Source: Podarcis filfolensis | Taxonomy: Eukaryota | Assembly: GCA_964270895.1 (NCBI GenBank) | Contig: OZ185435.1 | Direction: 5' to 3' (one strand) | DNA: 64,000 nucleotides | Shown: piece by piece, positions 37,022 through 50,401 of the stretch | Position numbering within the stretch: position 1 is the first letter of the stretch | How the letters are laid out: the number at the start of each line of letters is the position of its first letter | Translations under genes and position numbers: made by a program | Notes under the pieces: generated by a model | The model's database searches: none | Seen by the model: the letters and a program-made list of their open reading frames with translations, nothing else | What the model was told of the DNA's origin: nothing

Positions 37022-39303
37022 GTGTGACCGATAATGTACTTCAGCCATACACTCCTGACTAGCGTCTTCATTTACTTCCATTCTGTGATTGTCTTAGAAT
37101 GCATCCCGCCCCCCTCCTGGGACCAGAATGTTTATTGGCCCAGAGGGTTGGTAGAATTCAGCCACAGACAGTGAAATGTGTGCCAATTTACACCCAGCAA
37201 AGGCTACAACAGCAGTGGGGAACCTGAGGCCTTCCAGATGTTTCTGGACTCTGCAACACTGCCAGGCTCAACAAGTGAGGCTAGGGATGATGGAAGTTGC
37301 AGTCGAACATCTGGAGGTATCGCGGTATAAGTCATACTTGAATCCTATGCATATTTACTCAGAAGTAACTCCACTGAGTTTACTTAGCTATCCACTATGA
37401 CTACTCTTCTTAAATCCCTGTTAACTTTGTTTCATTGAGCCTCTAGGACAGGGATGGGGAACCTGTGGCCTTTCAGATGTTGCTGGACTCCAACTCCCAC
37501 CATTTCTAGTCACCGGACATGCTGGCTTGAGGGCCCACCCACATTTCCATTTTTCCTGTGATTTTAGGCAAGGATCCAAAATGTTTTTCTTTTGTCCAGG
37601 AAACTGCACATTTACAGCTGAATTGGAACAAACATCACTCTGCAGAAAACCTGACTGATATCCACCCCACCCCTCAATTCAGCAGTAAGCAGGGGGTTTT
37701 CCTAGGGGAAATGGTGGGCCAAAAGATGGACCTGCCTAGAAATCACGTGACAAGCAGATGTGTGGATGATCCCCGTGTGTCATGGGAGCTCATGACCAAT
37801 AAAATCTGAAGGGCCATAGGATCTTCTACCCATGCTGTAGAAGAAATGGGGAGAGGTATGCTGAGGCTTGCATCTCATGATTTGCTATCCTGTACACTGC
37901 TTCCTTCACTTTACCCCCGCAGAACTACTTGCCAATAAAGGAAAGGTAATTATTTGTTTACTAGCAGCCTCATATCTAGTGTAGCTCAGGAATTCTAAGA
38001 GACAAGGGCGGAGGGGAACCAGTGAATTTTGAAATCTGTGATTCAAATCAGTGCAATTTTGAAAAGTTCAGTCTGTCATTTTGACTCAAAGTAGTGCCCA
38101 GTTGTATCCCAACATAGACGAAAACTGGTCCTTGAAATCTCAAACCATCAGGCAAAAATTTAGAATATCGTAAGAGGTGTCCAAAGGTATCGCAAACAAA
38201 CAACATTCCAAAATATAAAGCAGAGGTGGCTGGCTGGAAAGATGGAACCACAAAAAATCTCATTCCTTTTTCAACACCCTCAGTCACATTCACAGGCAAG
38301 AACTACACAGCATTGGATTCAGCCAGCAGGACCCCACTGGTGTGCCTTAACTAGCTGTTTTGCACACCTGGAAAATAGGAATTTCCTCCAGGCTGCAGCA
38401 CCACACAAATGCTGTACAATAAGACGACCACCTGAGACAAGCTGGGCTCTGCACTCTCCTGACCTGCAAGATTTGAATGAAAACCATATGGACAAGTCCT
38501 TTTCCAGAATGTGGCCGTAGGGTGAGGGAGCTCTGGCCTTTAAAGTTCAACATGCAAAGCATATTGTCAAGGATCTTTGGGAATGGGCATGAAAATACAT
38601 TCAGGTTTGGCTCTGCTAAATAAAAAAATAAAGGCTGGCCATTCTGCTTGATCATAGCGAGGCATCAAGAGAGCTTTCCCCCCTTCCTAAATAGCTTGGA
38701 GACATCACTATTTGCTGAATCCACTGATTTTCCAAATAGCCACAAGAACAGGTTGAGATAGGGGAGTTCTGACTAAAATTTCCCCAAGCTTCACTGCCTT
38801 GTGAATAGGAATACACTCAGTTGATTGCTTTAGCTGCACAGTGTTCTCTAAACAAAGCTGAATGTTGGAAGGTTCAGGACACCTAAGGCAAAGTTCCTCT
38901 TCACAGAGCACATAATTAAAATAAGGAACTCATTGCTACAGGAGGCAGGGACCGCCACCAACTTGGGTGGCTTTAAAAGAGGACTTGTCAAACTCACAAA
39001 GGACAATGGCTATGAACCATGCTGGAGATGCTCTGCCCGTCTCATGTGCCTATAAGGAACAGGGGAGTCCCACTGACTCTGGCATATTTACAAGCCTCTC
39101 CCACCTGTCACCATCTTGGAACCACTTATCATGCAGTATCTCAAGGGGGCTAATAAGGAACCTGCGATGTAGGTCAGCATCACTTCTCTCAAATGAACCC
39201 CAAAGCGGAGCAATTCCAGCTGCAGATGCACAAAAGGTCACCCTTCACCTCCTTCCTTTCCGTAGCTCTGTCGCCGCGTCAAATGGGTGCAGCGAGCCTT
39301 TCT

Positions 39304-39322
39304 GCCCTGCAGGGGGCGATAG
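39304..39322 (+). promoter_or_regulatory. Candidate CTCF site between TNNT3 and MRPL23
   Basis: GCCCTGCAGGGGGCGATAG closely matches the CTCF core CCnSYAGRKGGCR. Confidence 0.5.
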
Positions 39323-40029
39323 AGTGACTTTCTAATTTAAATCCTCCGCGCATAGCAAGAGGGGCTTAATCGGAGGGAGCCCATAGAGATAGAAAATGTA
39401 CGACGTGACACGCAACGTTCATTTTCGCATTCCAGTTGAATGCAGCCACACGCGAAATACAATATGTAGGATCCCCTCCACTTCCAAATCTCTATGGTGC
39501 TATGTGCGGTTTCTTTGAATGAGGAGCGTTCTGTCACTTCACTGAGACTAACAGGGAAGGAGAGCAAAGATGAGCTGCTCGTATCCGCAGATTTGAATTT
39601 CGACGCCCATAAGCAATCGAACTTCGGGTCCCTTCTGAGAAGTGGGCTCTGCTTGCGGAAAATGACAGGGACCCCCCCCCCCAGTATTTTAACGTAACTG
39701 AAATGAGGCAGCGGCGCGTCTCTCCCAATAGTTTTTAGCTATCCCAAACGCAATGCAGCTGCATGCGGCTGAGCAATGGTTTGGGGCTGGTAGTGCAGCC
39801 CATATGAAGACTCGTACGTGCCTGCTCCGGGGTAACCCCATGGGAACAGAGTCCAAAGCCGAAAAGGGATCTGCACCAGGCTGCCTTTTGATGCAACCGG
39901 AGGGATGTCTGAGCACTGAGGCTGGAAACCCTCGCGCCTGCAGCAGGGGGAGGGGAACAAAGGGGGCTAAAGGAGCCAACATTCACCCCAGACAACAGCC
40001 ATCATCGCCGCTCCATCAGTTCCTACGTC

Positions 40030-40450
40030 TATGCGCTCCCCCTCTCGTAGCAGGATGTGCCCGCCCCTTCCGGGGGTGAAGAGCGCGTCGGAGGAGGAGG
40101 AGATCGGGAATCATGGCTAGGCGAATTCTGTAAGTGGCCGGTAGCGCGAGGGATGGAGTTTCCCTCTGGCTCCGCTTCTGCGCCCCGTGCCGGCTGCGAC
40201 TCTGGCGGCGGCGGCGGCAGCGGCAGCTCCCGCTTCTTTTGAAAGGGCTGCCGGGCTTAGCGAAGACCTCGCGGCCGTGGTGGCGCAGCCCGGAAGGCGC
40301 TGCCCCCGCTGACCTCCGGCGGGCGGGAGGCTCCACGGTTCGATTCCCAAGCGCAGCTCCTTCATAAACGCCACGGAGGGCGATGCGGGGCAGGCAGAGG
40401 CAGGCAGGGAGGGAGGCCGGCAGCCGGCGTGGTGCCCTCCAGATGCCATC
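40030..40450. promoter_or_regulatory. CpG island / promoter-first exon region of MRPL23
   Basis: Sharp rise in GC and CpG content around the MRPL23 ATG; boundaries approximate. Confidence 0.85.
40113..40129 (+). CDS. MRPL23: MRPL23 exon 1 coding part (MARRIL)
   Basis: aatc ATG GCT AGG CGA ATT CT|gtaagt; 17 nt, compare human MARNVV. Confidence 0.9.
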
Positions 40451-40463
40451 GACCCGCAATAAA

Positions 40464-40524
40464 TCCTGCACTGCAGGGGGTTGGACTAGATGACCCTCGG
40501 TCCCTTCCAACTCTACAGTTCTAG
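40464..40524 (+). mobile_element. CR1 3' terminus in MRPL23 intron 1
   Basis: CTGCAGGGGGTTGGACTAGATGACCCTCGGTCCCTTCCAACTCTACAGTTCTA. Confidence 0.75.
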
Positions 40525-40924
40525 GAACTCCCGCCATACCTGGCCACGCTGATGGGAGTTGCCCAAGGAATATATCCCTATTTATGTCACTATTTGAAGG
40601 TCATCAAATAGAAAATCCAGTTATATGATTAGAATTAAGCAAATGCAGGCTTTTTGCTGTGTATGAATGATCGTCTTTGTTTAGTTGGAGTTGCTTGGAA
40701 TAGAATAAATTCATTCAGATCACCTTTCCTTAAGAGATAGATGTATAAGGAAAAAGAAGCAGCTTGTTCTTTAAAACTAAGGTTTCAAAGCAGATTTATT
40801 CTTTTTATTTATAGCTTGATGGTGAGTTTATGATTCCCACTTCCTGGTAATAAATGTACTTGAAATAATTTGTATTAAGAATTCCAGTCCCCCCAATGGA
40901 ATTATTTATTACTTCTGTCTATAG

Positions 40925-41047
40925 ATATCCCCTGTACCAGTATGGAAATCCTCAGACAAGGGTTTTCCGGACAGATTACTTCTTGACAATGGTGAGGCCT
41001 GGTGTTCCGCAACCAGAAGACACTGTGCAATTCCGCATCCCCATGGA
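40925..41047 (+). CDS. MRPL23: MRPL23 exon 2 ([41 protein letters not shown])
   Basis: ctatag|A TAT...ATG GA|gtaagt, 123 nt. Confidence 0.97.
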
Positions 41048-41162
41048 GTAAGTACATACAAGAAAAGGAACGTCTGCTTATCAGGCTAAAATGAAACACT
41101 TCAAGAAGACATCTCCCCAGAATGTTGCAAGTATTCTGGGTCGAAAGGACAAAGACAAGGCT

Positions 41163-41722
41163 TAGAATCATAGAAGGGATCCAAGGGTCATCTAGTCCAA
41201 CCCCTGCAATGCAGGATACTCAGTTGAAGCGTCCATGACAGATGGCCATCCAACCTCTGCTTAAAAACCTCCAAGGAAGGAGAGTCCATCACCTCTAGTG
41301 GGAGTCTGTTCCACTGCTGAACAGCTCTTAGTGCCAGAAAGTTTTTCCGACTCTTTAGTCGGAATTTCCTTTCTTGTATCCTGTATTTTGAATCCATTGC
41401 CTTGAGTCCTACCCTCCAGAGCAGGACAAAACAAGCTTGCTCCCTCTTCCATGTGACAGCCCTTTAGATATTGGATGATGGCTATCATATCTCCTCTCAG
41501 TCTCCTTTTTTCCAGGCTAAGCATAGCTAACTCCTTCAAGTGCTCCTGGTAAGGCTTAGTTTCCAGACCCTTGATCATCTTGGTTGCCCTCCTCTGCACA
41601 TGTTCCAACTTGTCAACATCCTTCTTAAATTGTGCCCAGAATTGGACACAGTATTCCAGGTGTGGCCTGACCAAGGCAGAATAGAGTGGTACTGTTACTT
41701 CCCTTGATCTGGACACTATCCA
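41163..41722 (-). mobile_element. CR1 LINE 3' fragment in MRPL23 intron 2
   Basis: ORF SRSREVTVPLYSALVRPHLEYCVQFW...LERVQ-like...LSLEKRRLRGDMI is the CR1 ORF2 C-terminus; TAGAATCATAGAA tail. Confidence 0.93.
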
Positions 41723-42607
41723 GTGGTGGCATTCCAAACAGGTTGAAATGTCTGGGCTGTCTTCAAGCGTAGCCTCACATAGATCTGGTTTGTATGTCAC
41801 ATTAATCCAAACTATGACATAATGGGAATTTGCAGGATCCTGGGGGCTGCTTTGTTCCTCCCTAGTTCTCCCACTGGGCTTGGCTGAGTTGAGCTAAGCC
41901 ATGGCTGTCTGAACCCAGGTTAGCTCTCCAGGACAAGCCATGAGCCATAAACCATGGACAAACCTTGATTACAGCTCATGATTAGTCTGGTGAAAGCTAA
42001 ATTATGAGCCTGGCTTTGGAGAACATGCTAAGCCAAGCCATGGTTTATCTCAGCGCAGCAACAGAATAACTGTGGAAGAGCAATGCAGCCATGATCTCCT
42101 CACGCAGAGCCTGTACATTTGTGTGTTCATGTCAAGCCATGGTAAGGCTTAAGTTGATGTACGAACCAAACCAAAGAATGCATTTCGGTCATCTAGCCTG
42201 GAGGTGACAAGTGCATAGATTGGTTTCTCCAGGAAAGGACCAGTTGGCATATCAGACAAATGCACTCATGGCCACCCCTGCCACCTGAGCATTCAGGAGC
42301 AGGGTTGGATCCAAATTGCAGACCTGTTGCTTCAGGAAGAACACAGCTCCATCCATAACAGGCTGAACAGCTACTCCTGGGTGACTAGAACCCACAGCCA
42401 ACAGTAGCTCTGTTGTGTCTGGATTAAGCTCCAGGTGTGTTTTTTTTTACTCTTGATTTGTGTTAATAAAAGTCATCTCCTGCACCCCCCTGCCAAATAT
42501 ATTTCTCCCAAAGATACGGATTGTTATGTAGCTATCTTACCATTTAATATATATATATATGCTAGAAGTGTTTCTTTCTGTGTTGTAATTGTTTGCATTT
42601 GGTGCAG

Positions 42608-42690
42608 AATGACAAGAGTGGAATTGAAGGATTACCTTGAAAGTATATATAAAGTGCCTGTGGCTGCTATAAGAACCAGGATACAGCACG
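42608..42690 (+). CDS. MRPL23: MRPL23 exon 3 ([27 protein letters not shown])
   Basis: gtgcag|A ATG...CAC G|gtgagt, 83 nt. Confidence 0.97.
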
Positions 42691-44212
42691 GTGAGTCTTC
42701 TGCATACGTTTGGAGGGCATTTGGAGCTCTGTTTGTTCCTCCCTCCCTCCCCTAATTAATTCTCTCTTATTTGGAGAGGCAGTTGTTCGCTATTGATTAT
42801 TGATGCCCAATACAAAAAGATTATATTTCATTCTAATTCAAACAGTTCCTGCATTGATGTTGTTATCATCTCTGTCTTCTTATTCCTGGGAGGATCACAT
42901 GTGGATTACACTCTATCCTTAATGATTCATATATAATCCTTAGAATTTACTAATAATCCAGCCATCCTCTGGGGGGATTGTGGTCAAAGCTAAAAATTTG
43001 TGAAAGGTGGCCCTGAAACAAATGAGTGTTCAGGCCCATCATCATAAAGTTCAAAGGCATAAACCAAACTCAATTTTGGACAAGGAAACACCATGGAAAA
43101 TGTGTTTGTATTTGTCCAAAATTGATTTTTGCCACCTATCCCAGGACTTAGGAATGTTATGGTCTGAAGGCCCACCATCTTGCTGAAGCTGAGCAGGTCT
43201 GCATCTGACCAGTACTTGGGTGGGAGACTCCTTCAGAACCACACACCTGCTGCAGTGAGCTCCGTGGCAGAAGAAAGGCAGGAAATCTAAATGGAAGAAA
43301 ATGCAGTCCTCAAATTCAATCCAGCCCCTTTGTAAGAAAGTCTGAAGTGTGGTTTTTCTTCAAGAATATCGTTGGTATAGTAGAGAGCAGGATTGCAAGA
43401 TTGGTTAGGAAAGTAAATCTTTTTAGATAATAAGCTTCAAATTTATAAGAGCAAGAAAATGAACACATACAAGAGATGGATAAGTAAAGGGCAAAAATGT
43501 GAGGTTTGCTAAAGCACCCTTAGCCAAATAAATGAGACCAACTGCGCTGAACTTTCTAACCATGCTGAGTGCTTTATTGTCTGTGAGCACAGTCCACTGG
43601 GAGTTTGATTTCTATGAACTTTCCATCCTCCTTATAGAATCCTAAACCACTGGAAACTAGTACGTGTACATGAGGAGAGAGAATGGTGGGGGCTGAGGAA
43701 ATATAATGAATGTGTGGAGATTTAGCTCAGACTGTTCCAAATGTGTATATTGTCTGGGTTCTGTATTAATTGTAAATGCTTACATCATTTTAGAAACAGA
43801 AATGACACTTTCTGCTGTGCATAGATAATGCTAGGGATGGCAGGCCAGGCTGAGGAACTTGAACTGTGCCAATGTGGATGCTTCTCTTAGTTCAGTAAAA
43901 AGTTTCTCTCTTGTACCGTGACATAATATGTGGGTTTTAAAAAAAATATGTACTGATGCTTTACATTAATTATCTGTGTGTGCTGCTATGACCTACAGTT
44001 CATGCAGTTAAATAGAAAGTTGATTATGGTGTAAAACAGCATCATGGGCAGTAAAACTACATCCTTGGCACTCAGGAAGTGCAGCTGGTGAGACTACGAA
44101 ACTCATTTCCCCCAAAGATCAGAACCGACTCTAATTGAAAAAAACATTTATTAGGGAAGGGAGGAATTGCTAGTTTGTGGAAAGTGAAGTGAAACCTTCA
44201 TATGCTTAACAG

Positions 44213-44286
44213 GTTCAATGAAGCAGAGGGATCACAGAAACCGACGAATCAAGAAGCCTGATTACAAAGTTGCTTATGTACAGCTG
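44213..44286 (+). CDS. MRPL23: MRPL23 exon 4 ([25 protein letters not shown])
   Basis: taacag|GT TCA...CAG CTG|gtgagt, 74 nt; [10 protein letters not shown] is typical of uL23. Confidence 0.97.
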
Positions 44287-47200
44287 GTGAGTAAATGCAT
44301 TTCTTAAGTGGCTGGGCCCAAACATTCTAAATCTTAAAAATCATTAAAGTTAATGCAATTTAGGCGGATCTGCATAATGTTCCTTCTTTTACACAGTGTA
44401 GTTTTTGGTAGATTCTCTCTTTTTCAGTTGCCTGTTTTGATTTGATTTATTTCCCTTTTAAGAACTAATAGTGTTATTATTATTATTTACTTTTTATTAA
44501 AGATTTTATTGGGTTAGAAAAATACCTGCACTGTCTCTCTTTTCAGGTCGCATAGTCTTTTCTACAAACCAGTTACATTTGATGTGAGACATTAATGTTG
44601 TACACGGTATAAGGTTGGGGGGAGAGGGGGGGAGACTTACATTCTTTTACTTAATTATATGTGGGGGTTTTGCATCAGTGTCACTTGGGTAGGTTCTCAT
44701 TAATTTTTATTTATTGACATATTTATCTCACATTCTTGAGGGGAGAGGCTGGGCCAGGATGTTACAGTTCTGAGGGCTACAAGAAGGTGACTGAGAAATT
44801 GTTTAAAGTGTTTTTATCCCCAATGTTTACTGTTTTCTTAGTGCAGCAGTTCATGGACTCAGAATGTTGACTCTGTGATGCTAATGGCATGTCCATTCTG
44901 CTAGTCTTACAACTGGATTCTCACTTTTTTTGCAGCAGCTGAAGAACACACATTTGAACAGGACAGCTGTAAAGTGAAATCGTTTAATCTTACTGGCAAT
45001 ATTAGTAGCTATTCTCTTTTAATTTTTGGTATCCTCAGCGTGTAGCCAAAAATTGTGTTTGCTCCTCTCCCAGCTCAGGAACTGGAGGGGTTTCATATGC
45101 CATGCTGCATTGGACTTCATGGATCAAAGTCTTGCTGTTTTGGACCTGTGAAGCTCAGAGAGGCTGCAGAGATCAGCTCCTCCTGCTCCTTTCAGGCTTG
45201 AGAGAAGGTCGGGGAGCCTTGCTGAACTTCACAGGTGCTCTTTTGATGCAGACAGACTTTGATGCAGACAGGTTTGTGTGTGTGTATCTTCACTCCTTCT
45301 GTGCCCTGCACACTCTTTGTATCTTTTGGCTCCCTGATAATTAATGATTGCATCTTAATGAGTTGCTGATCTGTGAGATGACTCTTCATTCTTTCTATTT
45401 TAAGCCACCTTTAGTTAACATTTTCAGAGACAAATGGAGAAGCTCTTCTTCAGCCTTAACGGGTTTGTCCTTATCTGTGCAGAGTTTCTAGGTTGACCTT
45501 AATCTTGCTCTCAACAATGACTCACCTTCAGTTCCTCATGACTGGGAAGTCTTTGAACCAATAGTCATATTTTTTTAAAACCCACTGCTCATTAGTTTTT
45601 AATTAGTGGCTAATCCTGTAGGGCTCCTGTTATGTTTTTCTTGCTTAGTTGTGCGTAACTCAGTATTACATTAGAAATAATATTACTCATGAACGACGTA
45701 GGAGGAAAAACATTGCTAAGGCCTGATTTATATGATTTGAGGATAGCATACGGCATTTCAAATGGATGCATTTGAGGTGGTGGCCATCATAAATCAGCTA
45801 CCTCCCCTAGGCTCTGTTTGCAAAGGTGAGCTAGGATGTTCTAGCTTCCTGCCTTGGTTCGTGATGTGGTATCATTTTCACAAAGAGCTAGTCCAGGATG
45901 AAACAGACAAGAAGGGAGTCCTTGGTCATTCCAAGGTTCTTTTCCGTCCTCCTTCCTTTGCTTCAAACCCTGCTTCACCCCTTGATTGGTGTAAACAAGT
46001 CCAAGGCTCAAACAAGTTCATGTTTCTTAGACGTTCCGGGTAATCCTTTCAGAAAGCCATCTGTTTTGGAAGGTTTTCATGTTTGCCTCCTGAAAGAGTC
46101 AGTAGGTGGCAGCATTATTCTTCCCTGTATTCTTTGTCTTTGGTTGCTGGCATTCTTACGCATCTGAGAAATATTGTTTTGTCTTGAAGGCAGCAGTTAC
46201 GTTTCCCTACTCTGGAAGTCATCAGCTTGTAGTTTCCAGGGCAACTTATGCAATATAATATGCACACATTAATCATTGCATTTCAAGTGTTGGAAGATGA
46301 AAACCCTGATGTGTTAGACATCATATAACACATAGCCGTACGGGCGAGAGTAGAGAATTGACTCGCATGCACAAGGACCAGGTTGTCTGGAAGATTGAGG
46401 ACTCTTCCCCCCCCCCCCCACACACCGAACTTGGCAAGTGAATAGTTCAGCGCAGGTGGTATTTGTCTCCCACTGCAAATGACCTCAAATTAGTGCTTGT
46501 GGTCAATATCACCTTCAGGAGTTTCAGGCTGTTCTTGGTGTGCTCTCTCCCTTCTTCCCGAGGAGAAAACGTTTTGTAGCCTTCATTATGATGCAGAACT
46601 AATGATTGCCTTTTATGCTTCAAAAACTAGAACCAGGTTATATATCAAAATGGAAACTGCTTCTGTGCCTGGAGAACCTCAGCTGCTCTCTGCCCTTCTT
46701 CCCTCGCCTCCTGCTGTTAGTAAGGTTCAGGCATGCAAGATCTGCGGGTGCATTTACCAGGTTAGCTGATGCCAAATCACTTGAGAAGGGTGTGTGACCT
46801 AGTGGCTAGCATAATCGTCTTGGAACCTTCTAAAAACTCAGAAGCTTGTTGCTTCAAATAGTTCATGGCTGGCACGTGTGATGTGGTTTGGGGGTCGTGC
46901 AAACTGCCAGCTGTGTTCCTGGTTGTTGTTGTTTTGCAGCCTGCTGGTTCTGTTGCAGAGAGTCACTGTTCATCAAATTACAGTGCAGTCAACAACTTCA
47001 CCTGGTAGAAGTAGTAAGGCACTTCTCCCTTCTCCCCGGTTTGGATCCCGTTACAGTCATGTATGCCTTCAGAACTTCAAGGCGAGATTTGCGTAAAGGA
47101 CCATTCATAGAGCTGCCCTTGGATGGCTCTGTGGAAGCTTCAGCTGCTGCAGAACACAGTGGTCCGTCTGACGGGTGTGGGTCTTTGAGATCATAGTAGA

Positions 47201-49888
47201 CCTTCCCTGGTTGGAGCAAAGTGGTTTGTTTGTAAGGTTCATTGCTCCCATAGCTGTAATCCTATCCTAAACAAGACCCATAGCAAATGTCCATTGACCC
47301 TGCTGAGAGATTTTGTCCATGGGTCTAAACAAATGGTTGTAAATATGGCAGAAGTTCAGATTTGACTTTCAGTGAGTAATAAACCACCATCCTTTACACT
47401 TGCGGCCTTTGCTATGACAAAAGATACAGGGTTTCTGTATGGATATTTAGCCCTCTGTGTGTAGTTATTCCTCTGGATATAGTTGAAGTTACAAAATGGT
47501 CAAGTTAAACTAGCTACTGAACATGCACAGTAACTATTTTTCATAAAGCTTTCAGCACTCCGGAATCTGACCAGTGCAAAATTACTGCATGGTATTGTGA
47601 GGATTTATAAGGCTTTCAGTTCTGAGAGTTCAATGTAATGTCTTGGCTGTTTCAAATCCTATCTGGCCGCTGGCCAAGATCAGCATTTCTCGGCAAAACA
47701 AGAGGTGGAAAGAGCCAACTTGTCTGCACTGACTTCTATTTATTAAAAGGTTCCAGAAACAGATCGACTTCTGCTCAATATTTGATTTTGACCAGCCTTG
47801 GAACTGGGAACTGGGAGCACTTTCCCTAGATAGCTGGAAGGGTATTGTCTAGTTCTGCTATCATGTCTGAGCATTGCTGTGTGCCTTCTTACTTGAAACA
47901 AATGAAGAGGATGGGAAAGAGATGTAGCATTTCGTGGAAACATCTGCCCTGAGCAGCATACTTTCAGCCTCCCAACTCTGTGACTAGGGTTGAGTGTGCA
48001 GAAGAAAAGTTCAAGGGCTAGCACCTTGGCTCATCCCACAGACCATATCCTTGCCCTTTGAGAACAGAAGGTCCCATGTCTACCATAAGACAAGGCCTCT
48101 CAGTTTTCAGCTTGGCAGTAGCCCCAACCCTGGTATATGTAGAAACATCACTCAATGACGACATTGTGCAGGCAAGGAGAAGGGACAGGTGGCAACCATG
48201 CTAATGTTGCTTGGTGACTTTCCAGTGCTGCCCGTGGTGTCTATACTGGAGTTATTTTTGTTGCTTTATTTTGTTTTTCTAGTTTCTTTAGAACTAAGGT
48301 GGACAGCAACAGCACACAACCAAAATGCTCCCAGGTGTTAAAAGCCCTTTCTCTCTCTTTCTTGTGTTGTTTCTGGAAAATGTTCACGCTTGGATTTCAG
48401 CAGACCTCCGGAACAGTTATCAAAAATGTTGCTGGGATCTTTCCTAAAGGGCAGAATTAGAGGTGCAGGACAGAGAAATTGCATTTGGCAATGGCATGCA
48501 GGGGTGGAAATGGTCTCTTATGTATGTAGGGGTCTGACCTCCTATGTTAGAACTTGGAATGACATAGGAGTGCTTCTGCTTTGAGGCCTGGATCTCTGTA
48601 AATTGGGACCAAGATCTATCACCTGTGCTGTAGGGTGAGAAGCCATAGATGTAGAAAGCTAAAATTGCCTAGTTGCCTTGTGCACACATCCAAAATCATT
48701 GCATGAGACCGCTATCATTGGCAAAAGCTCAGTTAGCTTGCAAAGCAAAATTTGATTTGTAGAAATGCAGCAAAAATGCTCATGTCTTTTGAGTTTTATA
48801 TGCTGTTGATTTCCAAGTTCTTTAGGGGTGGGCTAAAGCTGTGAAGGTATTTTGGAAAGTAGTTTCAAAATAGCCCCAGACAATATTTTTATAACACCTC
48901 TTTCTATGCGACGTTATTGTCTGATAGTTTTATTATACCAAGTCCTCTACTTGAATTGAATGGAAAGCTGACAGGGTTGATTTTAATGAGGTTGTCAACA
49001 CTGCATACACTATGGAAAAATAAAGAGATAATGTCAACGGAATAGAATGCTGTCCTCGAATAATAGGTTCCTGCTGTTAAATAAAAGCGAAAAGGTCAGC
49101 TGATGATTGTTTTCCAAATGGGAGACGTTGAGTCTGTGGCAGCGCTCTCTGTGCTGGCATGGACTCTCTTCATTATGGGGAGTGATTGCTGTAAATGTAA
49201 TCCTACATTTCAGGAATTACATGTATTTCAAGAATCACTTTTTATTTCCTATCGTTACACAGTTTTGTCTAGCATATCATTTTCCTCGGTCTGTTGTGCA
49301 GCAGACATGGAGGCACTCAGTAGCCATGGTCTGTGCTTTAATGCACGCTCTCTCTCAGATACACACACACACACACTTCTGGACCAAATGCTACCAGACC
49401 CAGGGTTGAGAAGATCACTGAAAATCTTCCCTAATTGATCCACTTCAGTGGTGATTCTGTCCCCACCACTTTTATATCTTAAAGGGGGAAAGTACCCATA
49501 AAACTGCTGTTTGCCCCCCAGCAATTTTAACCACATGGAGGTGCATTTGTCTTCTCTTGATACATTAGTCTGGGAGAAAAGAATGAGTGGAAGAACGTTC
49601 TGAGGCAACCCAAGACCATCTGCTGGATCAGTGTTGTCACTCACACCTGCTGCAATCGAGAAATGTAATTTTGTAAATGTATACAGTCTTTCAATATGTT
49701 CTCTCCAGCAATTGATCTTTTGGCTAGGCAGGAGCATCTTTTGATCTGACCACCTGCTTCCTGAATGGTACCACAAACCCTTGCACCATATTTCCTAAGT
49801 CACTGTTTTCTGCATGGACATCTGGGTCATTATTGAACCGGTGCTGGATATTTGCCTGCCTGTTATTTATGTAGTAAGTGGCACTGAG

Positions 49889-50086
49889 AGAGCCAGTGTG
49901 GTGCGGTCGTTTGGGTGTCAGACTAAGGCTGAGGTGTCACAGGCTCAAACCTCATTTAACAGTGAAGCACACTGGGTGATCTTAGGTCAACAGAGTGACC
50001 AGCCTGTCTTGCAGGGTTGCTGTGAGAATTAAAAAGGGGGAGGGATTTATGCCACCCTGTGCTCTTTGGAGGAAAGGTAAGATAAA
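49889..50086 (+). mobile_element. Old CORE/MIR-like SINE
   Basis: GAGCCAGTGTGGTGCGGT head, CTGGGTGATCTTAGG core, GCAGGGTTGCTGTGAG. Confidence 0.55.
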
Positions 50087-50236
50087 GCATATTCTGCATC
50101 TAACTTCCTACAAGCTCTGCTGAGTCTTTTGGGGGTTTGTAGTAACGTTCTGGACCAGCTGAAACTTCCCACAGCTGTTGAAAGAGTTGTAGCTGCTACC
50201 GGAACATGAGATTAAGCATTTGTTTTCTATCTTTAG

Positions 50237-50401
50237 GCTGCGGGACAAACTTTTCAGTTTCCAGACTTGTTTCCAGAAAAAGAAGAAGTCATTGAGCCCG
50301 GCTCTTTTGAAGATACCCAGAAGAAATTTATGGAAGATGAGAGGCAGAGGCAGAAAGGCGACCCCAGGCAAGCAGACATTCCCACCTGGTTTGGACTTTG
50401 A
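50237..50401 (+). CDS. MRPL23: MRPL23 exon 5 coding part (AAGQTFQFPDLFPEK...PTWFGL*)
   Basis: ctttag|GCT...TGA, 165 nt; total CDS 462 nt = 153 aa + stop. Confidence 0.97.
   Translation, partial: AAGQTFQFPDLFPEKEEVIEPGSFEDTQKKFMEDERQRQKGDPRQADIPTWFGL

Noticed and set aside
39689-40537. Overlapping 60-170 aa Ala/Arg/Gly-rich ORFs on both strands
   Set aside because: Expected from stop-codon scarcity in a CpG island; no recognisable protein.
40130-50236. Intronic C/D snoRNA in MRPL23
   Set aside because: No properly spaced RTGATGA...CTGA pair with terminal stem found by eye; an Infernal/Rfam scan would be decisive.
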